Source: Carcharhinus longimanus
Taxonomy: Eukaryota
Direction: 5' to 3'
DNA: 64,000 nucleotides
Assembly (NCBI GenBank): GCA_030264375.1
Contig: JASCQW010000128.1
Location: forward strand, 18,529,404 to 18,593,403
Below, one piece after another: positions 12,900 to 26,674 of the stretch; positions within the stretch are counted from its first letter, which is position 1; every line of letters starts with the position of its first letter. The position numbers were made by a program, and so were the translations under genes. Under the pieces are notes generated by a model. The model was given only the letters and a program-made list of their open reading frames with translations, made no database searches and had not been told where the DNA came from.

Positions 12900-14160
12900 C
12901 AAAAAAAATTAAAAGTTTGCGACCCTAATCTAAATGAGACGTGGCTCAGTAACATCAAAGTTGAGGGGAAAAAGTGAAAAAGATGGAGATAGCTAGGAAA
13001 TCTATTGGGAAGAAACAGTACAATGTTTGCCTGGAACTGGAATAAGAGCATGAAATTTTAGGGGGGGAGAAAAGGCACAAATGGAATTCTGCAACTAATG
13101 TCAAAGAAATCTAATGTAATGGATGCTGTCAGTTTTTTGTGATGGGTGAGAGAGGTGCGAGTCTGAGAGAAGTACCTCAGGATTTGATCCATGGCACTCA
13201 TGGGACATTCTGCAGCATCTGCTGCACTCTTGTTGTAACAAGTATCATTAGAGAATTTCCAATAATGGGTGATGGAGATCCAACTGAATAGTCAAACTGC
13301 CAGTCCCGTGAAAAACACATGAACTGGAGAAATCAGCATTCTGCAAAGAGGCAGAAACTGTCTGAGTGTGCTGCGGAGGACTTAACAATAGACAAAACCC
13401 AAAGAGAACACAACTGTTGAAGCAAGTTGACAATTCAGCAGAATTGTCTAATACATATAACAAGAAGGAGGAGGAAATGTTGAATGTAGAAGTAGAGTTT
13501 GTTGCAACTGCAACAAAACAAACATGCCTGTTCTCTGAAAAATGATGGATACACCTTGGTAGAAACTAAAAGGATTGCAAAAACAGAGTAATGGTTTAAA
13601 TAATTGTGATTCTTTGCAAGAGAAAACTGTTCTGACAGATAACAAAAAACTGCAGTAGTTTCAGGAAGAATTCTGATGCGTTCAATAACAATGATGAAAA
13701 ATATCAGTTGACTGGAAATTTCTTGCAGAGCTGGAAATCCAAGATTGGAATGCTAATGTAACAATGTTTACATAAGACAAATAGTCTAAGAGTAAAACTT
13801 GCACATTCTCTGAATGAGAATCAGAAACCAAGAAGGCCAGCTTAATTATTGGATACAAACAAAATCAGCTCCCAATTGAGTGAGATTGGAAAGGCNNNNN
13901 NNNNTGAATTGGAACAAATTTGGAACCAGTTGAAAACTGCAATCATAGAAAACTCTTAACAAAAATGGAGCTGCAACTAGTGGAGATGAATGCAAAATAT
14001 AGGTGGAGGAGAAAGCAGTTGCATTAAATAAAGAACTCTGGTCTAAGCAGAAGGTTGGTTGATGCAAAGAAGGGGAAATGAAACCACTTGGTTAAAGATA
14101 TGCTAGAGAGGACTAGACAGAGCAGGAATCTGAGATTACATGCCAGAACCAGATTCCTGA
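12900..14160 (+). mobile_element. Decayed CR1-like LINE ORF2 remnant
   Basis: aatgagacgtggctc (ETWL), gattggaatgctaatgtaaca (DW..ANVT), 3' pattern aggggaaatgaaaccac. Confidence 0.5.
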
Positions 14161-14169
14161 ATTGGTCGC

Positions 14170-14400
14170 AATAAAACACTACAGCACAAACAGGCCCTTC
14201 AGCCCATGAGTTGCGCTGATCACATCTATACCTACTAAGCAATAGAACTATCTGTAACTCCCAATCCCATTAGATCCCATGTACTCATCCCGAAGTCTTT
14301 TAAAAGACCCCAGCGGGTTCGCCTCTACCACCACCGGCAGCCGATTCCACTCGCTCACCACCCTCTGAGTGAAAAACTTACCCCTAACATCCCCTATTAT
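14170..14400 (-). mobile_element. CR1 LINE 3' end
   Basis: actacagcacaaacaggcccttcagccc...ccaccctctgagtgaaaaacttacccc. Confidence 0.8.
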
Positions 14401-14709
14401 AACATAATAGAACCAAGATGATAACATGGTCGATGGGAAACATGCTAGGAAGAGAGAATTTTATCAGACCACCCGAGTACCAAAAATAGAATACCTTGGC
14501 CATTTCCTTCATGAGTGACAGTTTGTGAATGAGCTGTCAAGAAATAAAACTGTTGTATTACAATGGTTGCACCTGCATGCATTGTAGAATAAGGTGATCG
14601 ACAGAGAAAAGAATCAACAGTGGATTGGAAATTGATACTATTATATTATTTATACAAAATATTTGTTTTCAACCTTTTCTGCTACTTGTTTAATATTTTT
14701 CTGTTTCTT

Positions 14710-15020
14710 CATCCTTCTCCTAAAGTGTCCAACTCCACTATCACAGCAGGCAGTCTATTCCACACCCCAACCACTGAGTAAAGAATCTACGTCAGACATC
14801 CCTCATATATCTCCTACCATGAACCTTTTATAGTTATGCCCCTAGTAACAGCCATATTCACCTGAGGAAATAGTCTCTGCACGTCCACTCTAGCAATCCC
14901 CCTCATCTTATAAACCTCTAAGTCACCTGTCGTCATCCTCTGCTCCAAAGAGAAAAGCTCCAGTTCCCTCAACCTTTCCCTATAAGACCTACCCTCCAAT
15001 CCAGGCAGCATCCTGGTAAA
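14710..15020 (-). mobile_element. CR1 LINE ORF2 C-terminal fragment
   Basis: ORF 14814..15011 MLPGLEGRSYRERLRELELFSLEQR; same family as 47990-48815. Confidence 0.9.
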
Positions 15021-17189
15021 TTTATGTTAACAAACTGAATGAAACCATTCCACCTTAACACTCCTTTTGGGGATAGTGTTACTGTTCTCCATAGGCGTGT
15101 CCTAACTCCATGCTGTTGCTCTCACCATCCCTGTACCTCTATCTTATCCTCTGTTTTGACTATCAGGAAATGTCAGTCTGGATGTGGGTCAGTCATTTCC
15201 AATGGTGGGATTGTTAGGTTGGATTGCTCAAGTAGAGAAGTTCCTCCTGCATTTTCTGTTTTCTCCCCTCCCTGTCTACTTATAATGTTCCTCCACCGTC
15301 CTTTTCACTGCTCCTCCCTGTGATGGAGGATATAATTATCCGTCACATTGCAGATCACTGAAATCACCTCTGCAAAAGTCAGTTACTGTTAAATTTGAAA
15401 TAAAAGAAAATGCTACAAGTACTCAGCAGGCCAGGCAACACTTATGTGGAGTGAGAAACTGGTGTTTTGTCAGAACTGGATTACACTAAAACCTGCTGGC
15501 TGAGTGCAAAGTCAACATCTTTAACTCTCTGTGATTGAAATTCTGGTATTTATGCTTGTGGAGAGGTAAACATGTTGAGCATGCAGGCTTCTCACTTCCT
15601 ATTCATTCTCCTGTTGAACCTTACAAAATTTTAAATTGTCACAGAAGCCTTTGATGTCTTGTGGAATTGCTGCTCCCTTTCAACTGCTGCAACCCCCCAA
15701 ACTGCCAGTGTGGGGCAGCACCTTCTTTATGGCTGCTGGAATCTGCTAGGAAACAGCAATAATAACTGGAAGCCTGTTAAGCCAGATTTTACGAGGTATA
15801 CAGATCAGTGACAGGATGTAAATACAAATTTTACTTTTTGTTTTTTATTAAAACCTATTTTAACAAGATGTAGTAACCTTCATTGCTATCTAATGTGACC
15901 TGTGATAGATAACAGAACTACTACTATGAAAAAAGCTGCAAGTGCAAATAAAGTTGAAGGAGATTTGCATTTTTACAGACAGGGTAGATACCCTGTTGGA
16001 AATATCAAGATACAAACCCGTGAGGAGTGTAAGGAGTATCATCACCTATCCATGCAACTCCTTTATGTTGGTCTTGTGCTGTAGCCCTTTTTGTTCCAAA
16101 AGACTAAAAATTATTTGATGCCCTCCAGCATAAGTGTATTGAGTTGGCTGTTAGCAAAAAAAGGGGAAAGAATTGACTTATGTATATCAAAAATAATGAG
16201 GTTAGGGAAAAACAAAAAAAATAATGTTTTTAAAGAAAACTGAATTCTCTGCTACAAACTATTGTCCAAGCAAAGCACACAAATTCTCAAATAACGTGGT
16301 CAGCTCTTTTGAAAGAGTAATTGTAGGAAGCATGGAACAGGCTGTGTTGCTTTTAATACACATTTAATAGATGAATGGCTAGTATGCTGTAACCCTCTTG
16401 AGATTTGAAAATGCAAAATATAGTTTTACATTCAATACTCATTTTGAAAAGCTTGTGCCTCGTTGCTCAAAACTCTTGAGACCTGCACATGAGCAAAGGG
16501 AATTTCTGCAGATTTGACTTGAGCATACTGAATGATTTCTGAGAAGCTCAGTGCTCTGCAGGGTTGTGTTATTTTCACAATGTAATTAGACACTTCCTTT
16601 TGATTTTTAAATTTGAGATGCAGCTCCTTGTCAAGGTCACTGCAGAGCTCTGATCATTTCAGTTTTTTCATTCAAGGGATTTGGGTATTGTTAGCAAGGT
16701 TAGCATTTGTTGCCCATACCTAATTGCCCACTTGATCACATTTTGAAGCCCTTGTCCCTGCTGGAACAACTTTTTTCAGTCTAATCATTCTCTTGGTACA
16801 TTCCTCATTTCTTCTCCTTTCAAACCCAAGATATACAGACTTAAATGTTTTTACACAACTAGGTTAATCACTCATCATATCAGGCTAAATCATTGAGTGT
16901 TATTGGGCAATGCTCTTTGTTGCTGTTCAATAGGAAGACAAAAATAATACCCAACTTTTCTTCACCACAAACCTTTTTAAACCACTTTCCCCTGCCTCTC
17001 CACCCTCGCCTTGTCGTCAAAGAAATCTTAGTCCATTTGTCATTGCCCATCTTGAACCTTATTTTCTACTCAAGCCTTTGAGCTGTTGCCTCCCAAACCT
17101 ATGCCTGTCTTTCTCTGAATTTGTTTGAATCCCTTCAGTCAGGCTTCTGCTCTGTTATATTGAAGTGTCTTTTACCAAAACCACAAGTG

Positions 17190-17305
17190 ACATTTGCATG
17201 GTAGTTTTGAAGAACAGTCATATTGGACTCAGTGTTAACTCTGCTTATCTCTCTGCAGATGCTGCCAGACCTGCTGAGTTTTTCCAGCATTTTGTTCTTA
17301 TTTAT
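17190..17305 (+). mobile_element. Short old Penelope-tail-like repeat (related copies ~15395-15500 -, ~24230-24330 +, ~33880-33985 -)
   Basis: gttaactctgcttatctctctgcagatgctgccagacctgctgagtttttccagcattttg; recurs in the window. Confidence 0.55.
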
Positions 17306-17309
17306 TATA

Positions 17310-18460
17310 ATAAGGGTATCTGTGCCAAAGGTAAATGATCCCTCTTTGAATTGTCTGTAGTCTTTGAGATGGTTCACTGAAAACTTCTGCTCTAATGCCT
17401 CCAATGTCATCCAGCTGGATGGAGCTGTTGCTGTTGGATTACATTTTTATCTCTGTGGCTGTAGCCAGAGAATCACCAACTGTAGCTTCCACTTCACTCC
17501 TGCATTATCATCTCACATCCGATAGGATCAGTGTGTCCTTGGCCACCTCTTGTTGTCATGTACTCCCTGGCGACATCCTCTAAATGCAGCATCAATTCCC
17601 ACGTGTGCTGATGATAGCCTCATCTCCCCCTCTTCTGTCTCTGAATTGTCAAACATCTCATTTAACATCCAGTACTAAATGAACAGAAATTTCCTCCTAG
17701 TAAATATTGGGAAGATTCGAACCATTGTCTTCAGATTCTACCACAAACTGTTCTCAAACCTGACTGAAGGGATTCAAACACAAATTCAGAGAAAGGCAGG
17801 CATAGGGAACTCGATTCCTTTCCTAGAATGGTCAGGCTGAAAGACTATTCACAACCTCGCTGTTAAGTTTGATCCTGAGGTGAGCTTCCTACCTCAAAGC
17901 TGCACTATCGTGAAGATCAGCTATTTCCAACTCTGCCCTTACCCATTGCTCAAACCTCATCCATTCCTTTGATTAGTTCTAATGCACTTCTAGCTGGCCT
18001 CCTATGATCTACCTTCCAAAAATTTAGTCATTCTAAATTCTGCTGTCTGTGTCCTAACTTGCACCAAGCCTTGCTCTCGCGTCACCCTGTGCTTGCTGAT
18101 CTGTGTAAACTTCTAGGCAAACTACACTTCTTCCATCTTTTGAACTTCCCCATCCTTGTTTTTCAACACCTTCCATACTCTCCCCCCTCCAGCCTCATTA
18201 AATCTCTGTGCTTTGCCAATTCTGGCTTCTTGAAATCCCTGACTTTAATTGCTCCATGATTGTTGGTGGCCATACCTTTAGCTGTCAAAGTTCCCAGCTC
18301 TAAAATTTCACTGCCATCCTTTTTAAGGAGCATCTCAAAACCAACTCTTGGGCCGAAGGGTTGGTCAATATCTCCTTGTGACTTGTCAGATTTTATTCTA
18401 CTGCTGTATAGTGTTCAAAATATTTCATTGTGTTAAAGGTGCTAAATAAATGGAAGTGAT
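17310..18460 (+). mobile_element. L2-clade LINE 3' portion, decayed
   Basis: tgctgatgat (ADD), aatttcctcctagtaaatattgggaaga, tttgatcctgaggtgagcttc; tail tgttaaaggtgctaaataaatggaagt. Confidence 0.75.
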
Positions 18461-18529
18461 TGGTGAGCTGACATCTTAAAACCATTTTTGCCAATGTGGC
18501 ATTGATACTCTTGCAGTGCTGTTGGCTAG

Positions 18530-19600
18530 GACTTTTGACCCAGTGATAATAAAAAAAAAGATACATTTACAACTTTAAATGGTCTGTAATTCTGAGGTGG
18601 TGGTGTTTCCATGTATTTCTGCCCACATCCCTCCTTTTAGATGGTCAAGGTCACGGGTCGAGAAGTGCTGTTGAAGAAGCCTTGGTGAGTTGCAGTAATG
18701 CATCTTGTAGATGCTACTCCCTGCTCCCACTATGTCGGTGGTGGTGGAAGTGAATATTTGTTATGGTGGATGGAGTGCTGATCAAGCTAGTTACTTTGCT
18801 TTGGCTGGTGTCAAGTTTAACTATTATTGGAATTGCACCTAGGCCATTGGAAAGTATTCCATTATGCTCTTGACTTCTATTTTTATAGATGGTGGAAAAG
18901 ATTTGGAGGCAGGAAAGTGAGATGTTCTTCAGTTCTATGCCCCTGACCTGGCCACAGGTTTATGGAGCTTAAGTTAACTTTCTGGTCATTGTGGAGTTGA
19001 CCAATGTTAACAGTGAGATTTGACACTGGCAATGTCATTGATTGTCATGGGGAGATGGTTAGATTCTTTCTTGTTAGAGATCATCATTGCCTAGAAAGTA
19101 TGTGGTGTGAATGTGAGCTACCACTCATCAGCTCAGCTCTGAATGTTAGCCAGGTCTTGCTGATTGTAAAAGGAACTCAGTGAACATCCCCACTTCTGAC
19201 CTTTTTATGATGGTGGGAAGGTCATTGAAGCAGCTCAAGATGATACTGCCCCGAGGAACTCCTGCAGTGATGTCCAGTGACTGGTGATTGTCCTCCAGCA
19301 GCTGTAGTCATCTCTTTTATGCTAGGTATGACTTAAAAGAGGAACTCTCACTGATTTTATCACAGCCTCTGCCAACGTCAAACATTGACTTCAACTTTTT
19401 AAAAGTTCCTTTTAATGCCAGTTTTCATAAAATTTATAGCTTTTGTGTCAAGAGTTGCCTCACATCTAGATTCCAGCTCTTTGGTTGAGCCTTTACCTAA
19501 TGCTGTAATGAGATCTGGAGCTATTTGTGGAACCCAAACTCTGCATCTGAAGCAGGTTATTGGTAAATGAGTGCTGCTTGATAGCACTGTTAGCAACTCC
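18530..19600 (-). mobile_element. Second LINE family, RT/3' fragment
   Basis: Reverse-complement similarity to 21500-22550 (cttttgacccagtg, catcttgtagatg, ccccgaggaactcctgcagtgatgtcc). Confidence 0.7.
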
Positions 19601-19619
19601 TATTGTGCGACTGTGGCTG

Positions 19620-22600
19620 CTATAATTAATGTGGTTGACTCTTAAATGGCCTAGCAAGCCACTAGGTTGTATTCAACTGATGCAAAGGAAACAAAAAGGA
19701 ATGAAACACATCAAACCATCCATCATCGACCTAGGCACTGGAAACAACAACAGCAAATTCAGCCCAGTTGACCCTTCAAAGTCCTCCTTACTAACATCTG
19801 GGGGGTTTTTGCCAGAATTCGGAGAGTGAGCCCACAAATCAAACAGCCTGATGTAGTCATACTCATGGAACCTTATCTTATGTCCCAGACACCACCAACA
19901 ACAACATTCATGGGTATGTCCTGTCTTGCCATAGAGGTGGCAGCACAGTGGTATACATGTTGGGAGGGAGTTGCCTTGGGAGTCCTCAGTATAGACTCTG
20001 GACCCCATGAAGTTTCCTGGCATCAGATGAAGCATGGGCAAGGAAACCTGCTGATTATTATGTACTGTTTCCCTGCAGTAGTCCTTCTGTTGAACACCAC
20101 TTGGAGGAAGCACTGAGGGTGGCCAAGGTGCAGATAGTACTCTGGAGTCTTCAACATCCATTATCAAGAACGGCTGAGTAGTACCACCACACACTGACCT
20201 GGCCAGGTCCTAAAGGACATAACTGCTAGAGTGGGATTGCAGAAGGTGTTGAGGAAACCAACAAAAGGGAAAAATGAACTTGGCCTCATCCTCACCAACT
20301 TGCCTGCCACAGATGCATCTATCCATGATAGTATTGATAGGAGTGACCACTGCATTGTCTTTGTGGAGATGAAGTCAACCTGAGGAAGCTACAAAACAGG
20401 ACTACTTGCATGTCTGACAATATAAGCAGCAAGTAATTGACGGAGCTAAGTGATCCTACAACCAACGGATTAGATCTAAGCTCTGCAGTCTGCCAATTGT
20501 GAATGGTGGTGGACAATTAATCAGTTGGCTACATCAAACATCTCCATCCTCAGTGATGGAGTGGCCTAGCACATATGTGCAAAAAATAAGGCTGAAGCAT
20601 TTATAACAATCTTCAGCCAGAAATGCAAGTGAATAATCCATCTTGGTTTGAAATGCGTATAAATGCGTATACTTTAAAGCGAGGAGTATTCGCAATAAGG
20701 TGGATGAACTTGCAGCGTGGATCAGTACCTGGAACTTTGAAGTTGTGGCCATTTCAGAGACATGGATAGAGCAGGGGCAGGAATGGTTGTTGCAGGTTCC
20801 GGGGTTCAAATGCTTCAGTCGGAGTAGAGAAGGAGGTAGAAGGGGGGGAGGGGTNNNNNNNNNNNNNNNNNNNNNNNNNNNNNNNNNNNNNNNNNNNNNN
20901 NNNNNNNNNNNNNNNNNNNNNNNNNNNNNNNNNNNNNNNNNNNNNNNNNNNNNNCTAGTTTGGGGGCGTTTAAGAGATCCGTGGATAGGTTTATGGATGG
21001 AAAGGGATTGGTTTAGGTTAGAGGGTCATTTGCTTTTTTAATTGGTCGGCGCAACATCATGGGCCGAAGGGCCTGTTCTGCACTGTAATGTTCTGCGCTG
21101 TAATGTTCTATGTTCTATCTTGGCCTCCTTTTGGAGGTCTCCAGCATTACCTGTTAGTCTTTAACCAATTTGATTCTCTATCACATGGAGTGAAATGGCT
21201 GAAGGCACTGGATACTGCAAAGGCCTGACAATATTCTGGCAAGAGTACTGAAGACTTGTGCTACAGAACTTGCTACACCCCTAGCCAAGCAGTCCAGTAC
21301 AATGCCAAGTAGATGCTAGGTGTTGTAAATGTGGAAAATTGCCCAGCTATGTCCTGTACACAAACAGGACAAATGCAACCTGACAAATTACCAGCCCATT
21401 AGTCTACACTTGATCATCAGTAACATGATAGAAGGAGTCATCAATAGTGTGATCAAGCAGTACTGAATCTGCTGACAGATGCTCGGTTTGCATTCGGCCA
21501 GGGTCACTCAGCTCCTGTCCTTTTTACACCTTGATTCAAATATGGACAAAAGAGCTGAATGCCAGAGGTGAGGTGAAAGTGACTGCCCTTGACATCAAGG
21601 CAGCATTTGACCCAGTATGTCATCAAGGAACATTTAGCAAAATGTCAATGGGAATCAAGGCAAAACTCAGCTGGTTGGAGCCATACCTGGCACAAAGGAA
21701 GATGGTTGTAGAGGTTGGAGGTCAATCATCTCAGGTTCAGGAGATCACTGAAAGAGTTCCTCAGGGTAGTGTCCCAATCACGACTGTCTTTAGCTGTACC
21801 ATCAAGGATCATCCTCCTGTCAGAAATAGGAGTGACCACTGATGACTTAGTACCATTTGCAACTCCTTAGATCTTGAAGTAGTCCATGTCCAAATGCAGC
21901 AAGACATGGATAATATCCAATCTTCAGCTGACAAGTGGCAAGTAACGTGCGTGCCAGGCAGTGACCATCTCCAAATGAGGATCTAATCGTCACCCCATGA
22001 CATTCAATGGCCTTACTATAGCTGAATCCCACACTATTAACATCCTGGGGGTACCATGGATCAGAAACTGAACTGGACTAGCCATATAAATATTGTGACC
22101 ACCAGAGCAGGTTAAAGGCTAAGAATCCTGTGGCAATAACTCACCTCCTTACTTCCCAAAGCCTGTCCACTATCTACAAGGTGCAGGTCAAGAGTGTGAT
22201 GGAATAATCTATCTTGCCTGGATGAGTGCAGCTTCAACAACACTCAAGAAGTTCAACACCCTCCAAACTGAGCAGTTAGCTTGATTACTGCCTCTTCCAC
22301 AAGCACTCACACTCTTTCTACCAGTGTCTAACAGTGGCANNNNNNNNNNNNNNNNNNNNNNNNNNNNNNNNNNNNNNNNNNNNNNNNNNNNNNNNNNNNN
22401 NNNNNNNNNNNNNNNNAGGACAAGAGCAGCAGCTACATGAGAACTTCACCACCTGGAAGTTCTCCAAGTTATTTCTCATCCTAACTTGGAACTTTATCAG
22501 TGTTCCTTCATTGCCGCTGGGTCAAAATTCTGGAACTCCCTCCCTAACAGCACTGTGGGTTTACATGCATTATATGCACCTTGGGGGCTGCTGCGGTTCA

Positions 22601-22680
22601 AGAAGGCGTTCTGAAGGGCATCTAGGGATGGATAATAAAAATGCTGGTCTAGCCAGCAACATCCATGTTCTGTTTTTAAA
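19620..22680 (+). mobile_element. Long decayed copy of the second CR1/L2-group LINE (endonuclease, RT, 3' tail)
   Basis: IKQPDVVILMEPYL (endonuclease), ALDIKAAFDPVCHQG and VPQGSV (RT); tail gggatggataataaaaatgctggtctagccagcaacatccatg followed by an A-run. Confidence 0.88.
20647..21116 (+). mobile_element. Younger CR1 LINE nested in the previous LINE; interior hidden by a gap
   Basis: ARSIRNKVDELAAWISTWNFEVVAISETW endonuclease start, gap, then gggccgaagggcctgttctg...gttctatgttct tail; flanking ATCTTGG at 20640-20646 and 21117-21123. Confidence 0.88.
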
Positions 22681-22929
22681 AAAAAATTAATAAAAACCCT
22701 TCCGTCATTATGCTGTTGCAGATTGATAAAAGGCTGTTGGTGAGGTAACTAGCTGATTTTGAAATTGTCCTTTTTTTTAGCTTTCTGTTGGTTGAAAAAA
22801 TTTTAATGAGTTACTGCACTGGCCAGCCATCGTTTAAACTTTAAATCAAGGTGAAAATTAGTTCAATGCTCTTGTCCTCATCAACCTCCTAATGACTAGT
22901 TGGAATTCCATTTCAGTGAAGTATAGCCA

Positions 22930-23450
22930 CATTAATGGAGAGGAGTTAGTAGGTGAAAGCCACAATAACTTGGTGAGCTTTAGGTTTTAGAAAGTGTCTT
23001 GAGGAGGAAAACAAGGTTGACAGACTGAGAGGAAATTCCAGAGATTGGGATCTGAAGGCATCACATAGTTAAAATTTAAAATCTGGGATGCTCAAGAGGT
23101 TAATCATTGGAGAATTGCAGGGCTGGAGGAGTTGACAGAGCTTGGAAAGGGCAAAGCCATGGAGAGATTTGAAAACAGCGGTAAGAATTTTAAAATGGAG
23201 ATGTTGAAGTACCAGGAACAAATGTAGGTCAACGCGCGAGGAGCAGAATTTGGTGCAAATTAGGACATCAGGAGCAGTGTTTCAGATGATTCAAATTTGT
23301 GGAGATTAGAATGTGGGAATCCAACTAAGTGTGCTGGAATAGTTAAATCTTGTGGTATTGGTGAGAATTTCAGTAGCTGAGCTGAGGCACAGAAGTGCAG
23401 AATGTTCCAGAGATTGAAGTAATCTTCTTGATGGCATGATGGATTTATGA
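22930..23450 (-). mobile_element. L2-clade LINE fragment
   Basis: ttagaaagtgtcttgaggagg..gaggaaattccagagattggga..gccatggagagatttgaaaacagcggtaagaattttaaaatggag. Confidence 0.7.
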
Positions 23451-23820
23451 AGTGAAGGATGGGTGAGTATAAGTTATTCAGAACAGTGACTAGTGGGCTT
23501 TAGGAATCCATGGTAGCACTGTTGCAGTTTACTGTCTATACGTAAATGATCTGGATTTGGGAACTGAGGGAATGGTCTTAACACCAGAATTTTATTCAGT
23601 CAGTACTCAAAATAATCATGAGGTTGCAGCAAGACCAGTAAATGCACTGCTTGGCTAATAAAGTCTCATTCTTACTGAGCTGCAAAATTGCAGTCTTAAA
23701 TGGAACATTTTTGGTCTTTATATAAAGTGTATTAGGTTTAACATTTTACAGCAAATTGTACCGAACATAAAAGAAATGCTACGTGCTTTCACTTTATAAC
23801 TTCACTATTCTCTGTTTCAG

Positions 23821-23990
23821 GTCTCCGAGGCCTAATAAACCTAGGGAACACCTGCTTCATGAACTGCATTGTCCAGGCACTTACCCACACTCCACTACTC
23901 CGGGATTTTTTCCTTTCTGACCGACACAAATGTGAAATGCAAAGTCCCAATTGCTGTCTAGTCTGTGAAATGTCTAGGCTATTTCAGGAG
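23821..23990 (+). CDS. USP22: USP22 coding exon 5, Cys box with catalytic cysteine
   Basis: tgtttcag|GT CTC CGA ... CAG GAG|gtgagt; (G)[56 protein letters not shown]; 170 nt. Confidence 0.98.
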
Positions 23991-25127
23991 GTGAGTGATG
24001 AATGCATTGAATGCAATGCAAGTTGCTGTCTGCAATTCAATCTCCCAAATTCCTGAACCCCAGGAGTGAAGCTGCTTCTGAAGGATGCAAAGTGCACTCA
24101 TGAAGTGTGAAGAATGACATTAAGTCCAAAACTCACTGCACAAAATCCATTTGGATGTTTGAATTTAAAGTGCCTTTTTGTTATAGTGCAAATCTCTTAG
24201 ACTTAAGAAAAATTAGCTGAGAATGTATTTCTCTGTTCTGGCAAAGGATCTTTACCTGAAATATGTAACTGTTCCATCTTCCCTCTTTCAGATGCTGATT
24301 TGGTTTCCAGCATTTTCTGTTTTGAATTCGGATCCTAGCGTTTTTGACTTTTTAAACTCATAACCCAAATTGCACTGGATTTAATTTAATTTAAAACTAA
24401 GAATACATTTTGCATTACCCGTGCTTTTACTCATTTCAGTATCCTGTGCAAAATGTCAACTACTTTTTTTTACATATTTGTCAACAAAGTAACTCCGTCA
24501 TAGATGTATTTCTTGAACTGCATTGAAAGAGCTTAATGTATCCAATCACAACAGGAGAGAGAAATGTTTCCCTTATAAGACAATCTGAGGGTGGAGTATA
24601 AGGAAAGATTTTGTCTGTGACCTTCCTTTCAATCTCTTGAAACATTAATACCTACAAAATAAGCAGGATACAAAAAACATTGGTCTGTTTTTTACCAAAC
24701 TAATGTTGTACTACATCAACTGGGAGATTTTCCTTTTGCAACCTCAGAACTTTTGTCTCCTAAGATACTGTGTTCACAATTTCATCTTTTTCACAAGAGT
24801 GCTTGTTCATGGTTTGCCAGATCTTGTGAAAATGAAACATTATTTCCTCTCAAGGTAGCCCACCATCTGGTTACTGAGGTTTGGACTCCCTAAAACAAAT
24901 GTTTGCGATAGCTACTTACGGATGGCTGCTTTGTCAGCTTGTTCTCAACATTAGCTAAAAAGTCAATGTCTTCACTGTAAATTGCAGCTAAAATGTAAGC
25001 ATGTTTAAGTCTTTTTAATCCCAGTGTTGTGATTTGTGTATATTCAAAGGTTGATTAAACTACAGTGAGAATGGTGAAGTGGATTTCCATTTTCTCAGGA
25101 CAAAAATATTTATTTTCTTTCATACAG

Positions 25128-25275
25128 TTTTATTCGGGGTATCGATCTCCACATATTCCATATAGGTTATTGCATCTGGTGTGGACGCATGCGCGGCATT
25201 TAGCAGGGTACGAGCAGCAGGATGCACATGAGTTTCTGATCGCTGCACTAGATGTTCTACATAGGCACTGCAAAG
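25128..25275 (+). CDS. USP22: USP22 coding exon 6 (QQDAHEF box)
   Basis: catacag|TTT TAT ... TGC AAA G|gtatgg; [49 protein letters not shown](G); 148 nt. Confidence 0.98.
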
Positions 25276-25824
25276 GTATGGACCAATGAGAGAGAGCTGT
25301 TATCAAATCCAAGGTCTTTGTTGTCAGTGAACTTATTCCTTTCCCAGCCCCCCTACCCCTGCAAACGTTATGGATGCTCAGGGACAGTCAGATAACTTGG
25401 TGAATTTTACCAGGAGTTTAAAAAAATTCAAGTGTCCTGGCCCCTGATCAAAGTGTGGTTTTCTTTTTGTTTGTAATAAAGTTACATTCTGCACTCAGTG
25501 TTTTAGTTTGGTCGATTGTTTAATGCTACTTTCAATGTGAAGGATTACATAATTGGAGAAAGAACTAAAGCTGGAGGCACAATTGTCTATGTTTGAGTGA
25601 AGGCATTGAAGGATGCATAAGAGACCAGAGTTGGAACAATACAGGGTTCTCGAAGGGCTTTTGGCTCTGGGAGGGGTGTATTACTGGTGAAGCCACAAAA
25701 GGATTTGAACATCGGGATTGCTTTCATCAGAACATAAGCAAACAACAACTTTTCACACATGCAAGTTTTGTATTAAATAATGGCACCATTATATCTATTT
25801 GCAATTCCTGTATTCATGTAATGT

Positions 25825-25960
25825 AGAATCTTGTGCAGTGGTTGTATACCTACCTCGGGGCCAGAAGCTCAGAGTTCAAGTTCTGCTCTAGGGCACGATG
25901 GCCACAGAAGGGGTTTCATAAACAGTTTCCAAGTCAACTGTTTTACAAAGTGCAGCAACA
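25825..25960 (+). mobile_element. Old tRNA-derived SINE head
   Basis: A-box-like tgtgcagtggt and B-box-like gagttcaagttc; decayed. Confidence 0.4.
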
Positions 25961-26674
25961 AACCCCTGCAATACTTTACAGTGCATAATTACGAACTAAT
26001 TCAATTCCCATCGTTGCCAATGCTCTCTTTGAGGAGGAAGAGGAAGTACTTGCGTATAGGTCATTGGATGGAAGAATAGTAATGTAAAATTCCAACACCA
26101 AGCTGTGGAATGTAAAAATAATATAGTAGGCTCAGTCATGTAGGCATTTCTTTCCCTAAATTTGTTTCAGCATAGGTCCAGTCAAGACTGCACAGATTCT
26201 CATAACTGAAGTCTTGGGGGTGCAAACTTCTCTTTCTGTGGCCAAGCCATCAGATTGCCTCAAATTTTGCTTGTATGTAACACACTAGCAGATTTCATCC
26301 CCAAAAAAAGGTTTTCATATCCATACCTACTGCCTGTGAGAGGAGGCGGAAATGCCTGAATATTTTAAAACCATATAGCACTGAGGAGTCCACTCTTCTT
26401 GTCCTAGCAATTGCACTGAAACTGCAGAGCAGTTTAAAATGAAATAAACAGAATGCACATTAATAGGGCAGCAGACATGAATCTTCCTTGCTAGAAGAGA
26501 TCACAACTCCTTCTACACCACTACTTCTGTCCCTGCATGAGTACAGCCCATAAATGTGCCCATGCTTATGCCTGTCTGTTTTCCTAGTTTTGTAATTTCT
26601 AATAATGCCCTCCTTGATTTGCAGTCCCAGTCCTCTCGTTTTGAGAGCTGTCAAAACTGTGGAGTTTGTTTAAA

